Translations under genes and position numbers: made by a program
Notes under the pieces: model-generated
Databases searched by the model: none
Seen by the model: only the letters and a program-made list of their open reading frames with translations
Told to the model about the DNA's origin: nothing
Shown: positions 25,231-37,263 of the stretch, one piece after another
How the letters are laid out: every line of letters begins with the position of its first letter
How positions within the stretch are numbered: position 1 is the stretch's first letter
Assembly (NCBI RefSeq): GCF_028641065.1
Contig: NC_073380.1
Location: forward strand, 88,908,001 to 88,972,000
Origin: Leucoraja erinacea
Lineage: Eukaryota
Reading direction: 5' to 3'
Length of the DNA stretch: 64,000 nucleotides

Positions 25231-26949
25231 ATCTCACTCCACTTTCTCTCCTTCCTCACTCAGACGACCTATTTGTCCCATTTCCCCGTATTTCCATATA
25301 AACTTTTTTCACTGTCATGTCATCAACCCCACCACCGCTCCATTAAACACCCCCCCCCCTCCACCCCTCCCCAGCCTACAACCAGATTCACCCAGCTCTC
25401 TCCTACAGTCGGGGTAATGTGCAGAATACAGCTACCAGGCTTTTGCTACTCGCCTGGGATAATTTACAGCAGTCATTTAACCAACCTGCCTTCATGTCTT
25501 TGGAATAAAACTAGAAGACCTGAAGTAGACCCCACACAGTTGTAGGCAGAGGATAAAAACCACACAGACATCACTGGAGGTCAGGATTGAATCTGGGTCA
25601 GATGACAAGTGGGACTGCACCGCTAACTGCTGTGCCACTGTTCCACAGTCAAACCCTAGCTCTCAAAGTTTTGGTGACCTGCTCTGACATTTATTTGAGG
25701 GGAGCATGACTGGTGGCATTCTTAACATGTACTGTGTAATATTTTCACAGCGTTAAAGGGCTCCACAAATGAAAGTCGTCGCAAGATAAAAGTAACTTGA
25801 ATATCAACCTTCAACAGGAGATGGAAAAAATGCTAGAGGAGTTAAATTTATGAAGGTGCATGGAAACTGTGGAGGTTTCCATCACAGACCTGTGCAACCT
25901 GCTTCTTTACAGTGTGATTCTAGCAGTGCAGACAGGGAGTGGAAGTGAGGTTGGTAGCTGCAATGTTTAAAATTCAACCAGCACTAATGTGACTTCAAAA
26001 AATATTTTGACATATTTTACCAGAATTTATACAGACTTTGCAAACACGGGCACCTGCCCAGCTACATGTTTGCAAGCTGTGCACTCCATGCTAATACTCG
26101 TCAAGGTACTTGATATGTGTTATTCTGAGGACAGCCTTGTGCTCACCACTTCCTTTCCGTAGCCCAGTCCTCTACATCTGCTCGGAGCTGGCTGTATTTT
26201 TATGAGCAGCAGATGATGCAAAGCCAATGACTCATTATGGAAACAGACTATTCTGTTCTACTCCTGGATTTACAATCAGAGTCTGTCTCGTTACTGTCTA
26301 TGTTCAATTAACACTTTCCAGACCAGGTCACTCTACCATCAAAGATTACTGCATGTCATCCAAGATGTTCAAAACAATCCTAGACGAAGCAACGCTCGTG
26401 ATCCACCAATCTAAACATTTGTTCCTCCTGCCACTGTCGAACAAAATATTTTGCAGTTATTTGTCTCGGCTTTTGTGACTGCACCACATCAGATAGTAAC
26501 CGAAATAGCCCAGGTCAAAGGGCAGATGGGTGGGAGCATCACCCCTACCACCTTCCCTCTAAATTCCGTCCCATCCTGATTTGGAAATATATCGCTGTTC
26601 CTTTTTCATCCCTTGGTCGAAATCCAGCAATCCCCTCCCCATCAACACTGTAGAATTACCTTCATCAGAAGGACCACCTCAGAACAGGAAAATGCCACTG
26701 CCACTCCATCAAGGGTAATTAGGATGGAGTGTTACAATGTCTAATATCCCAAAAATGGGATTATTAAAGTAACTCCCAACCTGTACATGGAATATAGGAC
26801 AGTACATCAGAGAAACTGGCCCTTCAGCCCACTACGGTCGTGACAAACATGATGCCAAGATAGACTAATCCCCTCTGCCTGCACCTAATTCATGTCCCTC
26901 CATCCCCTGCATATCCATGTGTCTATCTAAAAGCTTCTTAAATGCCACT

Positions 26950-27262
26950 ATTTAGTTTAGTTTAGTTTAGTTTAGAGATATAGCATGGAAACAGCCCACC
27001 AGGTCCGCGCCGACCAGTGATCCCTGCACAGTAACACTATTCTACACACACTAGGAACAATTGTTACATTTACCAAGCCAATTTACATACATACCTGTAC
27101 GTCTGTGGAGTGTGGGAGGAAACTGGAGATCTCGGAGAAAACCCACACAGGTCACGGGGAGAACGTCCAAACTCCGTACAGACAGCACCCGTAGTCGGGA
27201 TCAAACCCGTGTTATCGGGGCTGCATTTGCTGGAAGGCAGCAACTCTACTTCTGCACCACAA
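26950..27262 (-). mobile_element. V-SINE nested in an old CR1 fragment
   Basis: (TTTAG)n tail, V core, tRNA head; CR1 sequence on both sides. Confidence 0.82.
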
Positions 27263-28066
27263 TTCCATCTGCCTCCAACACCACTCTGGGTAGCGTGTTC
27301 TAGGCACCCACCATTCTCTGTGTAAAAGAATTGTCCTGCACATCTCCTTTAAATTTTCCCCCTCTCACCTTAAAGCTATACAGTACATTAAGAGTGGAGC
27401 TGAACGATACTGTAGAACCATACAGCACAGAAAGAAGCTAGTTGGCCCATTGAGTCTATACTGGCCATCAAACACCCATCTACACTAATCCCATTTCATT
27501 TTGTCCACAGATTTATTCTGCATTGTATCACTCACTCGGAGGTAGGTTAGAGTGGCCAATTTGCCTATCAACCTAAACCTCTTTTGGATGTGGGAAGAAA
27601 TTGGAACACCGAGACAAGCCCGCACAGTCACAGCGAGAACATGCAAACTTTATACAATATCCAGCAGTTAGGATTGAAGCAGAGTTGTTGAAGCTGTGAA
27701 GCAGCAATTAGAACACAGAACATATTGTAGAACAGCACAGCACATGAATAGGCCCTTCAGACCACAATGTCCATGCCAAACATGATGCCAAGTTAAACTA
27801 ATGTCCTCTGCTTGCACTTGATCCAAATCCCTCCATTCGCTGCAGAAGTCTCATAAATGCCACATTCATATCTGATTCCACTACTATGCCTGAAAGCACA
27901 TTCAAGAGGAACTCAGTGGGTCAGGCAGCATCTATGGAGCTAAATGCACAGACCATGTTTTGGATCAAGATCCTTCTTCAGACTGATGGAGTAGACAAGA
28001 AAGCTGGAAAAGAGCAATAAAATATATACATCTATATATTCATAAAATATATTCAAGAATCTGTAC

Positions 28067-28074
<8 letters not shown>

Positions 28075-28115
<41 letters not shown>
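28075..28115. repeat. (TA)n microsatellite
   Basis: Pure TA run. Confidence 0.95.
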
Positions 28116-28118
<3 letters not shown>

Positions 28119-28551
28119 GTGAATCGGACAATACCGGCATTAGTTTATGAATTTAGAGATCTATGTTGCTCCCGAGATATCTTTGAAGACTCCTCTGTCT
28201 ACAGAAAGATCCAGATACTATCTGTATGACCGCTGTCAGTATGCTTCGAACATACTCCATTCTAGAGGGTATAATTTTGTACTGAGCTCACAGCTCAACC
28301 CTATAAACTCCATCCAACACTTGCTCCTATTCCAGCAATGTCTTGATTTAAAAAAGTTTGTTCTTTTTCACAAATCCCTGCTCATCCAAATCTCCATAGA
28401 TGCCCCACACACACACGGAAGCTCTGTGTTCTTCCAATTCTTGATCCCTGTATATTTCATGCCGTATTATTGGTGACTGTGCCTTTAGTTCTCTTTCACT
28501 ATATTTTTATCTGCAAAACCATATCCTTCTACCCTGGGTCTGGGACTCTTA

Positions 28552-30166
28552 CAGTGCATTCAGAAAGTATTCAGACCCCTTCACTTTTTCCACATTTTGT
28601 TACATTACAGCCTTATTCTAAAATTGATTACTGTCATTTTTTAAATCATCAATCTACACACAACACCTCATAATATAAAAGCTAAAACAGGTGTTTAGAA
28701 ATTTTTGCAAAATAATTAAAGAGAAATAACTGAAATATCACATTTACATAAGTATTCAGACCCTTTGTTGTGACTCTCAAAATTGAGCTTCGGTGCATCC
28801 TGTTTCCATTGATTATCCTTGAGATGTTTCTACAACTTGATTGGAGTCCACAAGTGGTAAATTAAATTGATTGTACATGATTTGGAAAGGCACACACCTG
28901 TCTATATAAGGTCCCACAGTTGACAGTGCATGTCAGAGCAAAAACCAAGCCATGAAGATGAAGGAATTGTCTGTAGACCTCCGAGACAGGATTGTTTTGA
29001 CACACAGAACTGGGGAAGGGTATAAAACATTTTCTGCAGCATTGCAGGTCCCGAAGAGCACAGTGGCCTCTGTCATTCTTAAATAGAAGAACTTTGGAAC
29101 CACCAGGACTGTTCATAGAGCTGGCCGCCCGGCCAAACAGAGCAATCGGGGGAGAAGGGCCTTGGTCAGGGAGGTGACCAAGAACCCGATGGTCACTCTG
29201 ACAGAGCTCCAGAGTTCCTCTGTGGAGATGGGAGAACCTTCCAGAAGGACAACTATATCTGCAACACTCCACCAAACAGGCCTTTATTGTAGAGTGGCCA
29301 GACAGAAGCCACTCCTCAGTTAAAGGCACATGACAGCCCGCTTGGAGTTTGCCAAAAGGCACCTAAACAAGATTCCCTGGCCTGATGAAACCAAGATTGA
29401 ACTCTTTGGCTTGAATGCCAAGTGTCACGTCTGGAGGAAACCAGACACCGCTCAACACCTGGCCAAAACCATACCTACGGTGAAGCATGGTGGTGGCAGC
29501 ATCATGCTGTGGGAATGTTTTTCAGCGGTAGGAACTGGGAGACTAGTCAGGATCAAGGGAAAGATGAACGGAGCAAAGTACAGAGAGATCCTTGATGAAA
29601 ACCTGCTCCAGAACGTTCAGGACCTCAGACTGGGGTGGTGGTTTACCTTCCAACAGGACAACAACCCAAAGCTCACAGCCAAGGCAATGCAGGAGTGGCT
29701 TTGTGACATGTCTGTGAATGTCCGTGAGTGGCCCAGCCAGAGCCCGGACTTGAACCCGATCGAATATCTCTGGAGGGACCTGAATATTGCTGTGTATCAA
29801 CGCTCCCCATCCAACCTGACAGAGCTTGAGAGGATCTGCAGAGAAGAATGGGATAAATTACCCAAATACAGGTGTGCCAAGCTTGTAGCATCATACCCAA
29901 GAAGACTTGAGGCTGTAATCGCTGCCAAAGGTGCCTCAACAAAGTACTGAGTAAAGGGTCTGAATACTTATGTAAATGTGATATTTCAGTTATTTATTTT
30001 AAAATATTTTGCAAACATTTCTAAACACCTGTTTTCGCTTTTTAATTGTGGGCTATTGTGTGTAGATTGATGATATAAAAATGAATTTAATCCATTTTAA
30101 AATAAGGCTGTAACATAACAAAATGTGAAAAAAGTGAAGGGTTCTGAATACTTTCTGAATGCACTG
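28552..30166 (+). mobile_element. Full-length Tc1-family DNA transposon (IR/DR type)
   Basis: TA|CAGTGCATTCAGAAAGTATTCAGA...TCTGAATACTTTCTGAATGCACTG|TA; TIRs about 210 bp with internal repeat AAGTATTCAGACCC. Confidence 0.96.
28952..29950 (+). pseudogene. Tc1 DD34E transposase pseudogene
   Basis: One frame from ATG 28952 (MKMKELSVDLRDRIV..GRP) with two in-frame stops before 29330; [21 protein letters not shown]..34 aa..[12 protein letters not shown]. Confidence 0.93.
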
Positions 30167-31221
30167 TATCCTATTGCTTAAATATATGGCTCAGTGTCAA
30201 AACTGACAATGCTACTGTGAAGAGTTCTGAAACATCACACTACTTTAAAAGATTCCCTCCACATACTAGCTGTTGCAATTTTACTGGTGAATAAGTCTGC
30301 CTTTAAGAACCCTTTCAATTCTTATACGTAACCAGTCAAACGGAAGCTAGCATCTCTTCAGCCAACTCACTCAGAGAACAATGGGTTCACTTGAAGCAGG
30401 ATGTAATCTTTGAGTTACAGTGTGCTAGTCTGATTTAAAGCTGGCCTTCATTCCTCTCACAAATTATAGTGTTCAACCACATAGTATGTGATCTTGATGG
30501 GGTTTTCTTGGCACAGACAGGACAATTGATCAGTGAACAATCCGAACCAGAGGCTGCATGTCAATGGGAGTTGGTGCCAGAGCTTCACCAGTGTACCCAT
30601 GAGGATGTAACTCAGTGGGTCCGGCTGCATCTCTGGAGAGCATGGATTGATGATGTTGCAGATCGAGACTCCTCTCCAGACCAAGTAGATTCGGCGGAGA
30701 ATAAAATAAAGTTGAGGTCCATTGTAAGTCTGCATGGGTGAGGCCCGGAGCTGCAGGAGAGACAGAACAAGGGTCAGCTGGTGCCAGTGCATGGCGAACA
30801 ATGTTATAGAAGGAGAATTGTTACAAGAAGTGGTGGATTGTACGTAGGTACCTGAAATCCAAATTGGGTCCAAACTGAGAGACCTGGAAACAGAGCTAAA
30901 AGCCATAGGGCACAATATGGCAGCAGAGGAAAATGTGGCTAGGAAACTGTGTCTGGGTTAAAGTATGGTCATAGGGCAGGAGATAAGCAGAAATTACAGA
31001 GGAGGAGCAGAGAGAAGGTCTCAAGAGCTCTTGTGGGAGAGAGGAAGAGAACCTCTTCAAAGTAAGTATACCTTGAGGAGATTTTGCAGTGGGGCAGTCA
31101 AATGTATATATAAGGATTATGCTTGAGTCAGGATGTTGAGAGTTCAAGGAACTGCAGATGCTGGTTTACAAAAATAACACAAAGTGCTGGTGCAACTCAG
31201 TGGGTCAAGCAACATCTCTGT

Positions 31222-31642
31222 CGGAATCTTTTGCCGAGGACCGCCAGTGTTGGAACTCCGACCGCGGGGACAATGGACTTTAACACCGTGAAGCTGCGGT
31301 CGTAAGAAGCGGCCAACTTGGGAACACCATGTGCGGAGTGTTCTGATCCATCCCGACTGCAGAGTTTTGATCATCCCGATGAGAGGGCTTGAACAGCGAA
31401 CAGTCGGCAACGGCCCCATTCAAAGGCCCCGACCACGGGTGAACAAAGGGGGAAGATGACTGAACTTTATTGCCTTCCATCATAGTGAGGAATGTTGATT
31501 CCACCGTGGTGGATGTTTATGTTAAACTTTGTTTTATGTGGCTGTGTGTATTTTTGCTCTTTTATTGTTTTATATGGCTGTATGGTAACTCAAATTTCAC
31601 TGTACCTGAATTGGTACACGTGACAATTTAATTGAATCTTGA
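31222..31642 (+). mobile_element. CpG-rich non-autonomous retroposon with Rex-like tail
   Basis: GC-rich body, shared hairpin 31476-31513, tail aatttcactgtacc...gtgacaat. Confidence 0.6.
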
Positions 31643-31726
31643 TGTTAAATCTTTAATCTTTCAGCCTAATTGTGTGGAGTTCTGAGGATTGCAATCAGGT
31701 AATTGCAAGCCACTGCAAGACATGGT

Positions 31727-32905
31727 TAGGCACTAAAAACTGGAGTAAATCAGCGGGACAGGCAGCACTCTGGTCTCTATTACAAACCCACTGACTCCCA
31801 CAACTATCTCAACTACACTTCTTCCCAACCTGCTTCCTGCAAAGACTCTATCCCCCTACTACCAATTTCTCCGTCTACGCCGCATCTGGGCCCAAGATGA
31901 GGTGTTCCATACTAGAACATCCAAGATGTCTTCATTCTTCATGAATCCGGGATTCCCCTCTCCCATCATAGATGAGGCCCTCACTCATGTCTCCTCAATA
32001 CCCCGCAGCTCTGCCCTTGCTCCCCCTCCCTCTAGTCAAACCAGAGACCGTCCCCCGTGTCCTTACCTTCCACCCCAACAGCCGTCACATACAACGCATA
32101 ATCCTCTGAAATTTCCGCCAGCTCCAACGGGATCCCACCACTAGCCACATTTTCCCATCTCCACCCCATGAAGAGACCATTCCCTCTGCAACTCCCGGGT
32201 TAACTGATCCCTTCCCACCCAAACCACCTCCTCCCCAGGTACCTTCTCCTGCAACTGCAGAAGTTGCAACACCTGTTGCTATACCTCCTCCCTCGACTGT
32301 CCAGGGACCCTGACAGTCCTTTCAAGTTTGGCAGAGGTTCACTTGCACCTCCTCCAACCTCATTTACTGTATCCATTGTTCAAGATGTGGACTCTTATAT
32401 ATCGGCGAGACCAAACGCAGACTGGGCGATCGTTTCGCAGAACACCTTCGCTCAGCCCACGTGAAACAACCAGATCTCCCGGTTGCTGGACACTTTAATT
32501 CTCCTTCCCATTCCTACACAGACCTTTCTGTCCTGGGTCTCCTCCATTGTCAGAGTGAGGCTAAATGCAAATTGGAGGAACAGCATCTAATACTGTATTT
32601 TGCTTGGGCAGCTTAGAGCCCAGTTCCTCCCTCTCTATCCCTCCACCCACCCAAGTCACAATAGTTTCTCATTTACACCCTACAGCCTTTCTTTTATCAT
32701 TGTTACTTTTTTACATATCTTTCATTTTTTACATTATCTCTCCACATCACCTCTCACTTCCTTATCCCTAACCAGTCTGAAGAAGGGTCTCGACCCAAAA
32801 CGTCACCTATTCCTTCTCTCCAGAGATGCTACCTGTCCCGCTGAGTTATTCCAGCTTTTTGTGCCTATCTCGGTTTAAATCAGCATCTGTAGTTCTTTCT
32901 TATGC
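31727..32905 (+). mobile_element. Penelope-like element with short inverted pLTR at the 5' side
   Basis: YYKPTDSH, FHTRTSKMSSFF, FTCTSSNLIYCIHCSRCGLLYIGETKRRLGDRFAEH (GIY-YIG); pLTR 32771-32905. Confidence 0.9.
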
Positions 32906-33662
32906 AAGGCATGGTTATATTGTATGTGATGAAACAAAACAGCAATAAAGGTACAATCATGGCTAACCTTAATCATCCCAATTGGTCTCAGGTTCTGCGT
33001 AAGTGATAGTGGTTCAATTTATGATCATTTCCCTGTGCTCCCTAACCACAATTATCTAGATTAAAATTTCTGTGCCAAAATGTGGGCGTGTGAATCTGTT
33101 AGAGGAATGCTTTTCCTTGTTAAAAACTGGGCAATGGCCAATTAAGGGCAGAGATGAAACATTATTTTTCTCTCAGTCTATTGGCTGGATGCAAGAGATT
33201 CCATGGCAGTTTTCCAAGAAAATGAGGGAATCCTCCTGTTCCTCTGGACAACCTCTACATGCCAGTAATCTCCAATGTGACTGCATCATCAGATTACATC
33301 CACCTCACCTTTTACGGGTGATTGATTCATGAATTTTTGAGATAACACATTTGTTCCTTTAATACCAAAGCTTGATTTACACGCTCGTATTTTCGGAATA
33401 ATGCACTCAAATTTACTGCTGACAGCATAGTCACGTATACGTTTAATTTACCTGTTTTTGAATTAAGCGCTGCTTTTCAAGCCTGTAACCCTCCACGTAA
33501 ATGCAATGTTCCTGTACAGGCTTTGAAGCAAACAGAGCTTTTGGAACCATAATTGTAATTGCATTCCTTCATTTGCCATTTCCAATATATTTCTAATCCA
33601 TACCCAGGGTCTTGTCCTCTGGTATCTTCCCCTTGTTTAGTACAGATGCAGTGTTGAAAATA

Positions 33663-33888
33663 TGCCCCTGTCCCACTTAGGAAACCTGAACGGAAACCTC
33701 TGGAGACTTTGCGCCCCATCCAAGGTTTCCGTGCGGTTCCCGGAGGTTTTTGTCAGTCTCCCTACCTGCTTCCACTACCTGCAACCTCCGGCAACCGCCT
33801 GCAACCTCCGGGAACCGCACGGAAACCTTGGGTGGGGCGCAAAGTCGCCAGAGGTTTCCATTCAGGTTTCCTAAGTGGGACAGGGGCA
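33663..33888. mobile_element. Palindromic MITE, PIF/Harbinger (Tourist-like)
   Basis: TIRs about 80 bp TGCCCCTGTCCCACTTAGG...CCTAAGTGGGACAGGGGCA; flanks ATA and TTA. Confidence 0.88.
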
Positions 33889-35674
33889 TTAGAAAGCAAA
33901 TCATCTTAGCATGGTTTATCTGACTTTGGCCATCTCAACCCTATGAAAGATTCCACCACTGAAAATTTGAGTATTCCAAACTCTAGAAAAAATCTGAAGG
34001 AATCTTATCCACAAGCAAAATACTCTACCTACTAGCAATCTGAAATGAAGACAGAATGTGAAGGGAACATTCAGCTGGTTAGCATGAACAGAAAAAGCGA
34101 ATTGACATCCAACAGAACTGGGGGGAAAATAGAAATAAAAAACTGTTTTAAAGTGCGTGAATGGGGATAAGGACAGTATATCAATGTGATATGCTGGAAG
34201 GCAAAATAGACTAAATGATAGAAGTAGAGGGTATCAAAATTGGCAGAACATGCTGATTCATCCTCATATTGCCTACAAAGCTCAGTGTTATCACAAGCAA
34301 TCAAATTGCAACAAAAACAGAAAATACTAGGAAACACAGCATGCCAGGCAGCATCTGTGGAAAAAGAAACAGTCAACTTTCCAGGTCTATGACCTTTCAT
34401 CAGAACTGAACTGCAACTTAAATAAAACATGCATCAGAAGCAACTTAACCCACGTGTTCAAATTCACATTAGTGGCAGTTCCTGTATTGTGGAAGTGCAC
34501 AATATCATTTTTAGTCTTAGAAGCAGCTCCCTGAAAGATCACTTCTCTGATACCCACAATGGAATGATTTTCTTGAAAGAAAGGTTTGAACAGCTAGGTC
34601 GAAATCTGTCAGAGTTTGGTGAGTGAGGGGGGACTTGGTTGAAACAAGTCAGACCTTGAAAAGGTGGATGGAGTGAAAATGTTTTTTTTATTTATGGGAC
34701 TTCCTAGAACTCAGGGTTACTGTTTAAAAACTGGGCATTGGACACCTAAGATGGAGATGAAACATTTTTCTTTTCACTCCGAGAATTATAAATGTTTGGA
34801 ACTCTTCTTCAAGGTGGTCGAAGCAAAGTTATCCAATATTTGTTCGAGCAGGAGTTGTTGTATATTGATAACCAGTGGGTGAAAGGTTATGGGTGCACAA
34901 AAATGCAGAGTTGAGATTACAGTCAGACCAACAATGGCAGCCATTAAGAGACGGAACAGGCCCAAAGGGTACAGCTGTCTACTCCTGCTCCTAATTTATG
35001 TATTAATCTACCACCTTACATTTCCATACATCCAGGAGATATTTGGTCAAAAGTGTCATCCAAAAAGAAAATTTTCTGGGACATCTTGTAAAGGAATGTG
35101 GGATGGATAGGTGGGATGAGTTAGAAAAGGAATTATACAACTTTGATCTAAAAGCGGTGGAAGGCAAAACCACCAGGGATACATAACAGGCCAACAATCT
35201 CAAAGTGTAATTAAAAATTAATAATAAATCTGAGAACCAAATATACAGTAACATTGTAATATCATAAATCACTCCCCTGTGCAATCCCATGAGGTATACT
35301 TGAGATGGCTGCATCCTATTAAATGCTGATTCCCCTCAACAGTAACATTATTATTAGTCTGTTAATGTCAGCATTTTGGTCATTATTATCATGTTTTATT
35401 TTCAAAGCTGCATTTTCCTGGCTGAAATATACTGAATTATAATTTTCTTTTTCACTGCAGATTAACTACATTTTTGAACAAGCACTCACATGGGAGTTTA
35501 TCATATCCATGAGTGCAGATTCTGATTGATGCACAGCATTGTTTGGAGATTTGCAAGGCTCATGATAAAAAAAGGAACATCCTGGATGCACCCATTGTAA
35601 CAGCTCTGCTTTCTCTCTAGTGGCAAGAAATGTGGTCATATCTAATCCAGAGGGAAAAACTAACAAGTATATCA

Positions 35675-35707
35675 GTCTGAAGAAGGGTCTCGACCCGAAA
35701 CATCACC
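35675..35707 (+). ncRNA. Hammerhead core at start of a pLTR fragment (35671-35805)
   Basis: CUGAAGA-A-GGGUC(UC)GACCC-GAAA-CA-UC; stem I only about 2 bp. Confidence 0.55.
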
Positions 35708-36106
35708 CATTCCTTCTCTCCAGAGATGCTGCGTGTCCCACTGAGTTACTCCGGCATTTTGTGTGTATCTTCGATTTAAACCAGCATCTGCAGTTCTTTC
35801 CTACACAACTATATCCCTTTCCCAGTTCTGACATAGGGTCATGGACTTGAAACGTTAACTATTAAAGTTAAATTAAATAGTTGTTGTTACTGCTTTTAGC
35901 CACAAGCTGGTTACTTTGATCAGATATCAACTGAAGTCTTCTCCAGTGAAGAAGTTGACTGACCTGTATAAGGATCCTGATGCCAGCTGTCAACATAGCA
36001 AACAGTGTTGAAGTCTTCTGGAACTGGAACGTCAGTGACATCTTCAGCAAACTTGCATTTCAGATTAGTTATTCTTCCGAATATTGTAATTTTAATTTAG
36101 TTTACT

Positions 36107-36600
36107 TTAGTTTAGAGATACAGCACATAAATAGGCCCTTCAGCACACCGAGCCCATGCCGACCAGCAATCACTCTGTACACTAACACTATCCTACACAC
36201 ACTAGAGACAATTTACAATTTTACCAAAGCCAATTAACCTACAAACCTGTACGTCTTTGGATTGTGGGAGGAAACTGGAGCAGACAGAGAAAACCCACGT
36301 GATCACAGGGAGAATGTGTAAACTGGATACAGACAGGATTGAACCAGGGTTTCTGTCACCATTGCATCACCATTCCACTTCCTAATAATTATGTATTTCT
36401 AAGCATTAATAATGCATAATTTCATGGATGGGACTGTTCCCATTGCAGGCAAGTGGTTTTTACTTGAAACTGAGAGACAAGACATCAAGCCATGGCTATT
36501 GCCCGAATATCTTCCTCTCTAAATAGCATCCCACTCAGCTTTCAAGTAACAGGAGTGATCAGGAAAAATCCATAACAAGCCCCTTATTTTAAACACAGTA
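36107..36600. repeat. Copy 1 of a ~495-bp duplication (minus-strand SINE plus flank)
   Basis: Aligns to 44957-45451 with about 24 differences counted by eye. Confidence 0.9.
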
Positions 36601-36865
36601 AATGAATAAGTTAGAAAACAGTAACAAGATGCAAAGAAATTAATATTTGAAGCAGAATTTAAATTTGATTATTTGAAAATGTTGCACAGATCTCAACGTG
36701 GGGACTGGGGCATCGTTGTGCTTTAGAGGGTTTAATATATATACCAGACTGATACCCCCGAGGATTAAATGTAAGGGGTATATTGGAACACTACCATCAA
36801 CAGTTTCCCCTAAAGTTCATGCAGTTATGAGATATAACTGTGTCAGTGGATAAAGGCATCCAGCT

Positions 36866-36893
36866 CTGAAGAAGGGTTTCGGCCCGAAACGTT
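36866..36893 (+). ncRNA. Hammerhead core at start of a pLTR fragment (36865-36995)
   Basis: CUGAAGA-A-GGGUU(UC)GGCCC-GAAA-CG-UU with palindromic AACGUU. Confidence 0.55.
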
Positions 36894-37038
36894 ACCTATT
36901 TCCTTCGCTCCATAGATGCTGCTGTACCCGCTGAGTTTCTCCAGCATTTTTGTGTACCTTCGATTTTCCAGCATCTGCCGTTCCTTCTTGAACAGTTACT
37001 GGAGATGCTGAGTTTCAGCCACTCAGGTTCAATCCTTA

Positions 37039-37263
37039 CGCCCCTGTCCCACTTAGGAAACCTGAACGGAAACCTCTGGAAACTTTGCGCCCCACCCAAG
37101 GTTTCCGTGCAGTTCCCGAAGGTTTTTGTCAGTCTCCCTACCTGCTTCCACTACCTGCAACCTCCGGTAACCACCTGCAACCTCCGGGAACTGCACGGAA
37201 ACTTGGGTGGGGCGCAAAGTCTCCAGAGGTTTCCGTTCAGGTTGTCTAAGTGGGACAGGGGCA
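37039..37263. mobile_element. Second MITE copy, inserted into an old V-SINE
   Basis: TSD TTA at 37036-37038 and 37264-37266; follows SINE B box ggttcaatcc. Confidence 0.9.

Noticed and set aside
24737-25417. 226-aa ORF
   Set aside because: Runs through a pLTR fragment and a CT repeat; low complexity
28862-29942. Minus-strand ORFs over the Tc1
   Set aside because: Antisense shadows of the transposase
33662-33909. Near-identical ORFs on both strands (MPLSHLGNLNGNLW)
   Set aside because: Consequence of the MITE palindrome
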